From positions 1 through 36,379 of the forward strand of contig JBDHKN010000056.1 in NCBI GenBank assembly GCA_039586365.1: 36,379 nt of DNA, read 5' to 3'. Below are positions 18,878-28,411 of this stretch, piece by piece. The stretch is from Gemmatimonadota bacterium. Lineage in GTDB: Bacteria; Gemmatimonadota; Gemmatimonadetes; Gemmatimonadales; GWC2-71-9. A program made the translations under genes and the position numbers. The notes beneath the pieces are model-generated. The model worked only from the letters and a program-made list of their open reading frames with translations, ran no database searches and had not been told where the DNA came from. Every line of letters starts with the position of its first letter. Position 1 is the stretch's first letter.

Positions 18878-19809
18878 GCAGGGACGCTCGACCCGAACTT
18901 GATGAATTCCTGCGGTTTCTTGAAAAGGAACGGCAGGATTCACCACACACTGTGAAAGCCTACGGGCGCGACCTGAGATCATTTCAAGAGTTCTGCGACA
19001 GTTATTTTGGAGGGCCGCCGAACTGGGATTGGGTGACCGTAGATCGGCTCGCAATGAGGAGTTTCATGGGGGAACTCGCTCGCCGCGGTCTGGCGAAGCG
19101 GACAGTCGCCCGAGCAGTCTCCGCGTTGCGTGCGTTCTATCGTTTCCTCCACAGTCGCTACGGCGTCGAAGAGAATCCAGCCGCTACTGTGCGCGTTCCC
19201 AAGCTGGAGAGGAGACTGCCGGCGGTGCTGGATCGCGCGCAGGTTGATGTAATGTTCGAGTTTGCAGAGTCATTAGCGGATCAAGGAGGATTCAAAGAGA
19301 CCCGCGATCTTGCGATCCTCGAGGTATTCTACGCTACAGGCATGAGACTCTCGGAGTTGGCTGCCTTGGACATGTCCAATGTGGACATGGTTTCCGGCCA
19401 AGCTAAAGTGCGCGGCAAAGGCAAGAAGGAGCGGATCGTGCCGCTTGGCAGCCATGCGTCGGGCGCTCTACGACGATATCAGGCTGAACGGGACGCCCTG
19501 CTGGATGAGCTTCCGGTGAGGCAGAGTGACAAGCGGGCTGTCTTTCTGTCGACCAAGGGCAGGAGGCTCTCGCCGCGTGGAGTCCAGCACATTGTAGCGC
19601 ACTTCCTTCGATCGCTCGACGAGAGTTCAGGCTTTCGAGTGCACAGTCTGCGACACAGCTTTGCAACGCACCTGTTGGATGCGGGAGCCGATTTGCGCGC
19701 GGTCCAGGAGCTATTGGGTCATGCCTCGCTTAGCACCACTCAGTTGTATACTCATACGAGTGTGGAGCGGCTGAAGCGGGTGTATGATCAGGCGCACCCC
19801 CGGGCTTAG
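18874..19809 (+). CDS. xerC: Tyrosine recombinase XerC
   Basis: TGMRLSEL, GKGKKER, HSLRHSFATHLL, LLGHASLSTTQLYT, AHPRA end; topA-trmFO-xerC-hslVU synteny. Confidence 0.9.
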   Translation: MSRDARPELDEFLRFLEKERQDSPHTVKAYGRDLRSFQEFCDSYFGGPPNWDWVTVDRLAMRSFMGELARRGLAKRTVARAVSALRAFYRFLHSRYGVEENPAATVRVPKLERRLPAVLDRAQVDVMFEFAESLADQGGFKETRDLAILEVFYATGMRLSELAALDMSNVDMVSGQAKVRGKGKKERIVPLGSHASGALRRYQAERDALLDELPVRQSDKRAVFLSTKGRRLSPRGVQHIVAHFLRSLDESSGFRVHSLRHSFATHLLDAGADLRAVQELLGHASLSTTQLYTHTSVERLKRVYDQAHPRA

Positions 19810-19888
19810 CTGGACACTGTTGCGATTGCCTGTGTTTGCTGCAGGGGCAGGTGGGAGCAGCGAGGACGCAGAACGGTAGGAGGCAAAA

Positions 19889-20431
19889 ATGCGTCAGAAT
19901 GAGGTCAGGGCTACTACCATCTTGTGTGTGAGGAAACAGGGCCAGGTTGCAATGGGTGGTGACGGTCAGGTCACGATGGGAGAGACGGTTGTTAAGGCCC
20001 GTGCGAGCAAGGTGCGAAGTCTGGCAGGCGGGAAGGTGCTGGCCGGCTTTGCAGGTGCTGCTGCAGATGGCTTCACACTGTTCGAGAAACTGGAGGAGAA
20101 GCTCGAGCGCTTTCCGGGGAACTTGTCACGAGCTGTCGTGGAACTCGCGAAGGACTGGCGGTCCGATAGAGTGTTGCGGAGGCTAGACGCCCTTCTTGCT
20201 GTGGCGAACGATGAACACTCATTTGTGGTGAGTGGAGGCGGGGAGCTGATCGAGCCGGATGATGGCGTGGTGGCGATTGGAAGCGGTGGAAACTACGCTC
20301 TCGCCGCTGCCAGAGCATTGAGTGATAGTTCGAATCTGACTGCTAAGGAGATCGTGGAGAGGAGCCTAATAATCGCAGCCGCAATATGTGTCTACACGAA
20401 TGAAAACATCAACATTCTGGAACTCGGATGA
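19889..20431 (+). CDS. hslV: ATP-dependent protease peptidase subunit HslV
   Basis: TTILCVRK nucleophile Thr after a short propeptide, GDGQVT, GFAG, ELAKDWR, AIGSGG. Confidence 0.96.
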   Translation: MRQNEVRATTILCVRKQGQVAMGGDGQVTMGETVVKARASKVRSLAGGKVLAGFAGAAADGFTLFEKLEEKLERFPGNLSRAVVELAKDWRSDRVLRRLDALLAVANDEHSFVVSGGGELIEPDDGVVAIGSGGNYALAAARALSDSSNLTAKEIVERSLIIAAAICVYTNENINILELG

Positions 20432-20459
20432 TGTTGGCCTATGCGGTGAATGGTGATAG

Positions 20460-22004
20460 ATGACGACCGAACAGAATTCTGCTGACTCCAAGCTCCGGGC
20501 CATCGATAGCGGACCGGAACCAGTCCCGTGGCTGGAAGAACTAGCGCCCCGCCAAATCGTAGCAGAACTGGACAGATACATCGTAGGACAACGTGATGCC
20601 AAGAAGTCAGTCGCCATCGCCATTCGTAACAGGTGGAGGCGGCAGCAGGCGGCGGAAGAGATCCGGGACGAAATTCTGCCGAATAACATCATCATGATCG
20701 GCCCCACCGGGGTCGGTAAGACAGAGATCGCACGGCGGTTGGCTCGGTTGGCCGGCGCGCCGTTCATCAAGGTCGAAGCTTCCAAGTTCACCGAAGTGGG
20801 CTATGTCGGCCGTGATGTAGAATCAATGATTCGTGACTTGGTCGATGCGGCCATCAATATGGTCCGCAGCGAGCGCGAGGAGGACGTATATCCGGTCGCC
20901 GAGAAGCGAGTCGAAGACAAACTGGTAGAACTGTTGTTCCCCGCTCCCGCCGCAGCACCGCTCAAGGCTGCTCCTCGTGCGCCCTCGACAACGGGGGGTG
21001 AAACTGAAACAGCGCAGAGCCAGGAGCCCGAGCGGCAGGCTCTGTTCGTGGTATCCTCGACTGGTGAGGTACGAGAGGAAGAGCCCACGAGCGCCAGCGG
21101 TGAGAGTGTTCAGGAACGGCACAGACGCACCCAGGACAAGCTCCGACAGCTTCTGAGTGAGGGCAAGCTCGAAGAACGGGAGGTGGAAATCGAGGTAACC
21201 CAGCAGGCGCTCCCGATTTTGGAGTTCATGCAGCCGCAACCCGGAATGGATGCGCCCGACATCAACTTGGGGGAAATGCTTCAGGACATGCTACCAAAGC
21301 GGACCAAGTGGCGCTCGGTCCGGGTCTCCGATGCGAGACGGATTCTGATTGATGAGGAGTTGAAGAAGTTGGTTGACTTGGAGGACGTAGTTAGTGAGGC
21401 ACTCGATCGGGTCGAGAATCATGGTATCATCTTCATTGATGAGCTGGACAAGATCGCGGGAGAGCGTGGCCAGGTCGGACCCGACGTTTCGCGCGAAGGT
21501 GTGCAGCGCGACCTCCTGCCAATTGTGGAGGGCTCGACTGTGCAGACGCGGTATGGGTACGTGCGTAGCGACCACATTCTGTTCATCGCTGCCGGGGCGT
21601 TCCACGTAGCCAAGCCCTCTGATCTGATCCCTGAGTTGCAGGGTAGGTTCCCGATCCGTGTGGAACTGTCGTCGCTGGGCGCGGAAGACTTCGTTCGCAT
21701 CATGACTGAGCCCGAGAACTCCTTGGTGAAGCAATATCAAGCACTGTGTGCCTCGGAAGGTGCGGCCTTGGAGTTCAGCTCCGATGGCGTGCGAGAGATC
21801 GCGCGAATCGCGATGCTCATGAATGAGCGCATGGAGAACATTGGCGCTCGTAGGTTACACACCGTGATGACCACGTTACTTGAAGACCTTCTGTTCGATC
21901 TGCCAGACGTATCCGACAAGCACGTGGTGTTTGATGCCAAAGCGGTGGAACAAAGGCTGATGCGGATCGTGGAAGACGAAGACCTGCGCAAATACATCCT
22001 GTAG
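20460..22004 (+). CDS. hslU: ATP-dependent protease ATPase subunit HslU
   Basis: IGPTGVGKTEIARRLA, FTEVGYVG, FIDELDK, SREGVQRDLLP, NIGARRLHT, DLRKYIL end. Confidence 0.96.
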   Translation: MTTEQNSADSKLRAIDSGPEPVPWLEELAPRQIVAELDRYIVGQRDAKKSVAIAIRNRWRRQQAAEEIRDEILPNNIIMIGPTGVGKTEIARRLARLAGAPFIKVEASKFTEVGYVGRDVESMIRDLVDAAINMVRSEREEDVYPVAEKRVEDKLVELLFPAPAAAPLKAAPRAPSTTGGETETAQSQEPERQALFVVSSTGEVREEEPTSASGESVQERHRRTQDKLRQLLSEGKLEEREVEIEVTQQALPILEFMQPQPGMDAPDINLGEMLQDMLPKRTKWRSVRVSDARRILIDEELKKLVDLEDVVSEALDRVENHGIIFIDELDKIAGERGQVGPDVSREGVQRDLLPIVEGSTVQTRYGYVRSDHILFIAAGAFHVAKPSDLIPELQGRFPIRVELSSLGAEDFVRIMTEPENSLVKQYQALCASEGAALEFSSDGVREIARIAMLMNERMENIGARRLHTVMTTLLEDLLFDLPDVSDKHVVFDAKAVEQRLMRIVEDEDLRKYIL

Positions 22005-22208
22005 CGTCTTGCGCGATAATCCCGGTAGCTCGGTGTTTCAAGGGGCAATAGACAGTGACGCCGGGCCTTATCGCGACTGCTTGGCCTCCCGTCGCAATAG
22101 CTAGCCTGCCACTGGGAATACCCCTCTGGATGCTCCTTGCCAGTCATTGACACTGTGGCTAAGATCAATCCTCGACCTGTCATTTTGACCGATTTGAAGT
22201 GTCCAGAT

Positions 22209-23108
22209 ATGCCAAAGAGAGACTTGTTACAGATTCGCGACCTCTCTAAGGGTGAGATTGAGGAGTTGTTCGCGCTCGCCGCCGCAATGAAAGCCGGTGA
22301 AAACACAGACCGGTCACTCACGGGCAAGACACTAGCAATGATCTTTGCCAAGAGCAGTACTCGGACCCGCGTGTCTTTCGAGGTAGGCACATACCAATTG
22401 GGCGGCCATGCTCTGTTCCTATCCTCTCAGGATTTGCAGCTGGGGAGAGGTGAGACGATCGCGGATACTGCGCGAGTCCTCTCACGCTATGTTGACGGCA
22501 TCATGATTCGAACTTTCTCGCACGCCGATGTCGAGGAGCTCGCCACACATACGACAATCCCCGTTGTGAACGGGCTCACCGATCTACTTCATCCGTGTCA
22601 AGTGCTGACAGACGTATTCACGCTATGGGAAGAACTAGGGAGCTGGGAAGACAGGATCGTCGCCTGGGTGGGTGACGGCAACAACATGGCCAACTCGTGG
22701 CTCAATGCAGCGGCGGTACTGGGATTCGAAATCAGGATAGCGTGTCCGGAAGGGTACGAGCCGGATCACGATATTTTCGAGCGCGCTAAGGCGGCGACGA
22801 AGGTGAGCATCTACGAGGATCCTGATGACGCCGTGAGAGGGGCTCAGGTCATAAACACTGACGTGTGGGCGTCCATGGGACAAGAAGCCGATGCAGAAGC
22901 AAGGAGATTGGCGTTCAAGGGTTACACGGTTGATGAAGACTTGATGAAGTTGGCGTCACCTGATGCGATCTTCCTACACTGTCTACCTGCACATCGTGGT
23001 GAGGAAGTGTCGCACGAAGTGATCGATGGCCCACAGTCCAGAGTGTTCAATCAAGCCGAAAACCGATTGCACGTGCAGAAAGCATTGCTCGCCACCCTTA
23101 TGGGTTGA
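22209..23108 (+). CDS. argF: Ornithine carbamoyltransferase
   Basis: STRTRVSFE, HPCQ, DVWASMG, FLHCLP, QAENRLH; ATG at 22209 preferred over TTG at 22137. Confidence 0.95.
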   Translation: MPKRDLLQIRDLSKGEIEELFALAAAMKAGENTDRSLTGKTLAMIFAKSSTRTRVSFEVGTYQLGGHALFLSSQDLQLGRGETIADTARVLSRYVDGIMIRTFSHADVEELATHTTIPVVNGLTDLLHPCQVLTDVFTLWEELGSWEDRIVAWVGDGNNMANSWLNAAAVLGFEIRIACPEGYEPDHDIFERAKAATKVSIYEDPDDAVRGAQVINTDVWASMGQEADAEARRLAFKGYTVDEDLMKLASPDAIFLHCLPAHRGEEVSHEVIDGPQSRVFNQAENRLHVQKALLATLMG

Positions 23109-23118
23109 AAGGAAGGCA

Positions 23119-24240
23119 ATGTCGGGGGAGAAACTGAAGCGGACACCCTTCTTCGATTTTCATGTGGCCAACAATGCGAAGATCGTTCCTTTCGCTGGTT
23201 TCGAGATGCCAGTGCAGTACGAGACGGGGATAAAGAGAGAGCACCTCATCGTGCGAACATCGGTAGGGGTGTTTGACGTATCACACATGGGTGAATTCGA
23301 GATCTCGGGCCCTGATCGCAACGCTTTTGTGAACCGCCTAACTTGCAACGATGTCTCAGCTCTCGAGGTAGGACAGGCACAATATTCGGCGCTTCTTACG
23401 GACATGGGAACGTTCATCGATGACTGCCTCGTTTATCGCTTCGACGATCGGCTGATGCTGGTGGTAAACGGTGCCAACGTCGAAAAGGACTGGGAGCACG
23501 TTGTCAACATGAAGGGTGGGATCAATGTCCGCTTGAGAAACATATCAGACGAGGTGGCCTTGCTGGCCGTGCAAGGCCCGCAAGCTGAAGATCTCGTGAG
23601 TGCGCTTGCTGAACCGGATGTGTCCAAGCTCGGCTACTACCGCTTCGAGACTGGTCGTGTCGCGGGGGCAGACTGCTTCATCTCACGAACTGGGTACACG
23701 GGTGAGGATGGCTTCGAGCTGTATTTCCGGGCCAAACATGCCGAGGTCATGTGGCGTGCTCTGGTGGGACCAGGTCGTGCCGCTCCCGTTGGCTTGGGAG
23801 CGCGGGATTCGCTGCGGTTGGAGATGGGTTATCCGCTGTACGGCAACGACATCGACGACACCATCAATGTCTATGAGGCCGGTCTCGGCTGGATAGTCAA
23901 GCTGGGTAAGGGTGCTCCGTTCAACGGCAGAGACGTGCTCGAGCAGGTCAAGGGATCGGGAGGGCCTACGCGGCGACTAGTCGGCTACAAGGTGATTGAG
24001 CGTGGGTCAATTCCCCGGCATGGGTACGATGTGTTTCTAGCCGATCGCAGGGTCGACATCGTTCGTAGCGGTGGATTCAGCCCGAGTCTCCAGACAGCAA
24101 TCGGCACCACCTATTTGCCGACTCATTCGACACAGCCCGGCAGCAAGATAGAGATCGATTGTCGAGGAGAGCGCGTCGCAGCGGAGGTGGTGACGATGCC
24201 TTTCTACGAGGACGGGAGTGTGAGGATCGGGAAAGGTTAG
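23119..24240 (+). CDS. gcvT: Glycine cleavage system aminomethyltransferase T
   Basis: FAGFEMPVQY, FDVSHMG, SRTGYTGEDGFE, GLGARDSLRLEMG; ATG at 23119 with AAGGAAGG RBS. Confidence 0.95.
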   Translation: MSGEKLKRTPFFDFHVANNAKIVPFAGFEMPVQYETGIKREHLIVRTSVGVFDVSHMGEFEISGPDRNAFVNRLTCNDVSALEVGQAQYSALLTDMGTFIDDCLVYRFDDRLMLVVNGANVEKDWEHVVNMKGGINVRLRNISDEVALLAVQGPQAEDLVSALAEPDVSKLGYYRFETGRVAGADCFISRTGYTGEDGFELYFRAKHAEVMWRALVGPGRAAPVGLGARDSLRLEMGYPLYGNDIDDTINVYEAGLGWIVKLGKGAPFNGRDVLEQVKGSGGPTRRLVGYKVIERGSIPRHGYDVFLADRRVDIVRSGGFSPSLQTAIGTTYLPTHSTQPGSKIEIDCRGERVAAEVVTMPFYEDGSVRIGKG

Positions 24241-24250
24241 GACGGGTGAG

Positions 24251-24736
24251 ATGTCGATAAGAGTGGCCGTGCTAACCGTATCTGATCGAGCTGCGGCCGG
24301 GGATCGAGCGGATGACTCCGGCGACGCTATCACCGACTGGGTCCAGCGGTGTAGTTGCGAGTTGGTGTACCGTGTGATGGTCCCGGATGAGGGCGACGAG
24401 ATCGTTAGGACGCTGGTCCGGTGGGCGGACGAAGGGATTGCGGATCTGATCCTCACCACGGGCGGGACCGGGTTGGGTCCCCGAGACGTGACACCGGAGG
24501 CGACTCGTGCTGCGATCGAACGCGAGACACCGGGAATCGCCGAAGCGATCCGGGCGGATGGCCGCTCGGCGACGCCTCGGGCTGTTCTGTCGCGCGGCGT
24601 TGCCGGTGTCCGGGCGGCGAGTCTGATCGTCAATCTCCCGGGCGGTATCGGCGGCGTTCGAGCTGGCTTGGCAACGCTTGAGCCTTTTTTGGACCACGCA
24701 GTAGCAATAATCCGTAACGAACCAACGGACCATTGA
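24251..24736 (+). CDS. mog: Molybdopterin adenylyltransferase (MogA/MoaB family)
   Basis: VLTVSD, D.SG, TTGGTGLGPRDVTPEA, SRG.AG, NLPG motifs. Confidence 0.88.
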   Translation: MSIRVAVLTVSDRAAAGDRADDSGDAITDWVQRCSCELVYRVMVPDEGDEIVRTLVRWADEGIADLILTTGGTGLGPRDVTPEATRAAIERETPGIAEAIRADGRSATPRAVLSRGVAGVRAASLIVNLPGGIGGVRAGLATLEPFLDHAVAIIRNEPTDH

Positions 24737-26272
24737 ATGGCCACCAAAGTCCTGATCACCATGGACGATCTCGAAACTGCCGTTCGTTCGAATGCGCAAC
24801 TTGAAGAGGCTGGTTTCGAGACTGTCCTGATGTCTGCACTTGACGATACCTCGCGGCTCATTGGGGATACGGGTCCCGCGGTTGTAATCCTCACGGGAGG
24901 GCTCCAAGAACACACGGGCAAGACGCTAGTTGAGCTAGCGCGTGAGCGCTCGATAGCAACTCTCGGACTCGTGGAGCCCGAGATTCCCGATCCGGCGGAT
25001 CTGGCGCGTCGCGTTGGACTCACAGCGTGGCTTTCCAAGCCTGCCGCACCGACCGACGTGACGGCCGCGGTCCAGCATCTGATCGAGGGCCGACGCCTGC
25101 AGGAGCGGACCGGTATTCTGGGCGAGAGCCCGGCGATTCAGCAGGTGCTGGTGAAGATCGAGCAGATGGCTCCCGTGACGAGCACGGTTCTCGTCGAGGG
25201 CGAGTCGGGCACCGGAAAAGAGTTGGTGGCGCACGCCATCCACGAGCTGTCCACCCGACGTGGTAAGCCGTTTATCGCCGTCAACTGTTCGGCACTGCCT
25301 GATACGCTACTGGAGTCGGAACTCTTCGGGCACGAAAAGGGCTCTTTTACCGGAGCTACAGAGAGACGGTTGGGGCGCTTCGAGCTAGCCGATGGCGGGA
25401 CGCTATTCCTCGATGAAGTCGGAGAAATGCCTCTCTCGACACAGGTGAAGTTGCTCCGGGTACTGGAGAATCGGGCATTTTTCCGGGTCGGCGGAACTAC
25501 ATCGATTCGCGTCGACGTCCGAGTCATCGCGGCTACCAACCGTTCCCTCAAAGAGTTGGTCGCACTGGGTGGGTTTCGCGATGACTTGTATTACCGATTG
25601 AATGTGCTGTCTATCTACCTACCGCCGCTGCGGGAACGCAAGCCGGACATTCCGATCTTGATCAGGCGATTTGCGCGAGAGTTGAGTCGCGAACACGGGA
25701 GGCCCTTCCCCGGCGTCAGCCCCGATGCGATGGAGATCCTGGTCAACGCTCACTGGCCAGGCAACGTCCGGCAACTGAGAAACCTGATCGACTCGATGGT
25801 CGTGCTGGCCCCGGCCCGTGAGATACAAGCGAGCGACATTCCTACCGATATCCGAGAGGGCGGGACCCGCCTACTTCCGATGCGGTTGCCGCAGCAGAGC
25901 CGCGAAGTTCAAGGTAACGAACTGGAGTTTATCTTCCGCAGTCTTGTGGAACTCAAGTTGCACGTCGAAGACCTGCGCCGCCGCGTTGACGAAGTCCCGC
26001 AGCGGGTAGAGGTCCTCGACATGGGGCGTGCAACTCGCACCGAATACGAGGAGATCGGTCCGGTCGCGGCGGTGCCAGAAGGAGAGCCAGCCGCAGGCAG
26101 GTTGCGGGATCGAGTGGTCTACGGTCCCGGAATGACGATGGCCGATGTCGAGCGAGCCGTCATTGAGGCAGCTCTCCACGAGACTGGAGGCAATCGCCGC
26201 CGAGCTGCCGAGAAACTGGGAATCGGCGAGCGGACCCTTTATCGGAAGATCAAGGAGTTTCAGCTGGGTTAG
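24737..26272 (+). CDS. Sigma54-dependent enhancer-binding protein with degenerate receiver domain
   Basis: [38 protein letters not shown], Fis HTH; receiver-like N-terminus has VVILT where the phospho-Asp is expected. Confidence 0.9.
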   Translation: MATKVLITMDDLETAVRSNAQLEEAGFETVLMSALDDTSRLIGDTGPAVVILTGGLQEHTGKTLVELARERSIATLGLVEPEIPDPADLARRVGLTAWLSKPAAPTDVTAAVQHLIEGRRLQERTGILGESPAIQQVLVKIEQMAPVTSTVLVEGESGTGKELVAHAIHELSTRRGKPFIAVNCSALPDTLLESELFGHEKGSFTGATERRLGRFELADGGTLFLDEVGEMPLSTQVKLLRVLENRAFFRVGGTTSIRVDVRVIAATNRSLKELVALGGFRDDLYYRLNVLSIYLPPLRERKPDIPILIRRFARELSREHGRPFPGVSPDAMEILVNAHWPGNVRQLRNLIDSMVVLAPAREIQASDIPTDIREGGTRLLPMRLPQQSREVQGNELEFIFRSLVELKLHVEDLRRRVDEVPQRVEVLDMGRATRTEYEEIGPVAAVPEGEPAAGRLRDRVVYGPGMTMADVERAVIEAALHETGGNRRRAAEKLGIGERTLYRKIKEFQLG

Positions 26273-26429
26273 CGGGTCGAGGCACAACCCCAGGCTCTGC
26301 CCTAGACAGACTGAGCGACCGTCGAGCATCGGATCACGAAACCAGAAGGTCCCGACGGGACCCTCTGGATCGAAGCGCTGGTGCCAAGAGCGTCCCTTGC
26401 CCAAGCACGCGCGGGCGGTGCCTTTCTGC

Positions 26430-26445
26430 TGGCACGAGATTGGCA
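26430..26445 (+). promoter_or_regulatory. Putative sigma54 promoter upstream of the Fe-S/GGDEF operon
   Basis: TGGCACG-AGAT-TGGCA: perfect -24 box, GG-N10-GC spacing, one mismatch in -12. Confidence 0.45.
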
Positions 26446-26542
26446 GGGTAGTTGCGCGGGGAAGTTGGGGCGAGCGCAGCATTTTTAGGTAAGCCTAAAA
26501 CTATGGTGCTGCGCCTTCGAGTAGTTTCTGGGAAAGGTGATC

Positions 26543-26567
26543 TAAGTGACTGAAATTAAGTGCCTTG
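26543..26567 (+). promoter_or_regulatory. TAAGT-N17-TTG motif, copy 3
   Basis: TAAGTGACTGAAATTAAGTGCCTTG in an AT-rich intergenic patch. Confidence 0.4.
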
Positions 26568-26582
26568 AATCACTTTGTGCTA

Positions 26583-26612
26583 TTGACTTTTGACCAATGA
26601 GAACGCTATTGT
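26583..26612 (+). promoter_or_regulatory. Putative sigma70 promoter
   Basis: TTGACT-18 nt-TATTGT, 56 nt upstream of the GTG start at 26669. Confidence 0.35.
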
Positions 26613-26668
26613 TGAGGTCCGTTTCTGGCCTCTCTAACGGAAGTTAGCGCAGTACAATTCAGGCCCAG

Positions 26669-28411
26669 GTGCGGCCGGGCACAGGATATTTGCGGTTTGA
26701 GATAAACCCCGACAAGTGTGTGAGTTGCCTGGCCTGCGTTAAGGTATGCACGGCTGGTGCAATCACCGTGTCTGATCCCGTTGTCGAGATCCTGGACGAG
26801 GTGTGCATACGCTCGGGGGCCTGTTTGTCAGAGTGCCATCACGATGCCATCCGGGCTGTTGGGGATCTGGATCGGGCACTTGAGCTGGCCGAAGGCGGGA
26901 ACGCTGTCTTGATTCTCGCGGTCGAAGGCGCAGTACACTTTTATCCAGCTACGCCGGAGCAGGTGGTCAATGCTTGTTACCGTGCGGGCTTTCGGGCGGT
27001 CCACCGGGGGGTCATTGGCGATGAGCTGGTGGCGGAAGAGTACCAAAGACTGTGGGCCGACCCAGACTGGGGCACAATGATCCGGTCGACCTGTCCGGTC
27101 GTGATCGAGCAGATCGAGAGTCAATACCCGGAGTTGGTGCCCTATCTGGCTCCGATTCAGACTCCCCTAGCGGCCGAGTCTGCCTACCACCGGTCGAGAT
27201 ACGGGAGTGAAGTGGGGTTGGTTTACGTGGGTGTTTGTCTGGCGGAAACCGACGCTCATGTGGATGCGGCCCTGACTTTCGAGGAACTGGGACAGCTGCT
27301 ACAGATCCGGGAGGTGAGTGTTGAGCGGCAGTCCCAGCATTACGAGCGTATTCCCGAGGTTCGGGAGCGGCACCTGAGCACAGCGGGCGGGTTGCCGCTC
27401 CCCATCCTGCAGATGGAACATCAGGCAAGTCGCCGGTTCCGGAAGATGAGGGGGCTGGATGGTCTGGGTGCGGTAGCGAGGGCCGTGGGAGTCGACAAGC
27501 TGGATGTCGGTTTCGTCGACATCCTGCCATGTGAAGGTTGCCTCGACCATCCGCTGATTGGGCCCAAGGACGAATTGTACTGGCGTCGATGGGTGGTCGC
27601 CGCGACTGAACCCCCGAGGTCACCGGGGCCGGTGGCGGACAAGACGGTGCCGGTGGAGTTGGGGCGAGCCTTCGAACTCTACGGTAACGGCCGTAAGCCG
27701 TCTCGGGCCGAGATTGACGAAGTGATTGAGACGATAGGCCGAGCTCCAGGCGGTAGCACCTGGGATTGCGGTGCCTGTGGCTATGACACTTGTACTGGCT
27801 TCGCAGGGGCCATGCTGGAGGGTCGGTCCACGCTGCGCCAGTGCCCGTATTACCTTGAGCGGCGAGCAGAGGAAGCCCATCGGGTTGCAGCCGTCGACGA
27901 GCTGACCGGACTCGCGACGTACCGCATGTTGCGGTCGCGTATCGAGCAAGAATTCGCGCGTAGCGACCGGAGTGGAGAGCCGTTCGGTGTCTTGTTCGTG
28001 GATATGGATGGATTCAAGGTCCTGAACGACGCCTGCGGGCATGAGCTGGGCAATCGAGTGCTGGAAGGGGTGGGGCGGGAACTCGAGCGTAGCGTTCGGA
28101 AGACCGACCTAGCCGCGCGGTATGGTGGAGATGAGTTCGTCTTGATACTAGTGCGCACTGACATTGAAGGGGCGCGCCGTGTGGGTGAATCAGTAAGGGA
28201 AGCAGTTGAAGCCTTCGGTCGCACGCTGGGTTTAGAGCAAGGTCGGGTGTCGGTGTCCATCGGAGTAGCCTGTCACGATCCGCGCAGCGACCAGAGACAG
28301 GACGTCTTGGAGCAGGCCGACCGCGCGTTGTACCAGGCAAAGGCTGTTGGGGGCAATGCAGTGATGGTGGCAGGCCGGCAAGCGACCAACCGAACGGGGG
28401 CTGAATCTTGA
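26669..28411 (+). CDS. Diguanylate cyclase with N-terminal ferredoxin, [FeFe]-hydrogenase-like and extra Fe-S domains
   Basis: CVSCLACVKVC and CIRSGACLSEC ferredoxin motifs; IRSTCP, YVGVCLAE and DILPCEGC resemble H-cluster motifs L1-L3; DCGACGYDTC...CPY Fe-S domain; DMDGFK.LND..GH and RKTD-LAARY-GGDEF. Confidence 0.85.
   Translation: MRPGTGYLRFEINPDKCVSCLACVKVCTAGAITVSDPVVEILDEVCIRSGACLSECHHDAIRAVGDLDRALELAEGGNAVLILAVEGAVHFYPATPEQVVNACYRAGFRAVHRGVIGDELVAEEYQRLWADPDWGTMIRSTCPVVIEQIESQYPELVPYLAPIQTPLAAESAYHRSRYGSEVGLVYVGVCLAETDAHVDAALTFEELGQLLQIREVSVERQSQHYERIPEVRERHLSTAGGLPLPILQMEHQASRRFRKMRGLDGLGAVARAVGVDKLDVGFVDILPCEGCLDHPLIGPKDELYWRRWVVAATEPPRSPGPVADKTVPVELGRAFELYGNGRKPSRAEIDEVIETIGRAPGGSTWDCGACGYDTCTGFAGAMLEGRSTLRQCPYYLERRAEEAHRVAAVDELTGLATYRMLRSRIEQEFARSDRSGEPFGVLFVDMDGFKVLNDACGHELGNRVLEGVGRELERSVRKTDLAARYGGDEFVLILVRTDIEGARRVGESVREAVEAFGRTLGLEQGRVSVSIGVACHDPRSDQRQDVLEQADRALYQAKAVGGNAVMVAGRQATNRTGAES

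Noticed and set aside
18874..19809. Tyrosine recombinase as a phage or ICE integrase
   Set aside because: Housekeeping XerC size and motifs in the conserved topA-trmFO-xerC-hslVU context; no att sites or cargo.
13188..22004. pilQ-aroC-aroK and topA-trmFO-xerC-hslVU gene orders as novel associations
   Set aside because: Both are known conserved syntenies.
24037..25038. Long antisense ORFs (333 aa here, and others such as 9975..10688 and 35086..35889)
   Set aside because: They are shadows of well-supported genes in GC-rich DNA, with no recognisable motifs.
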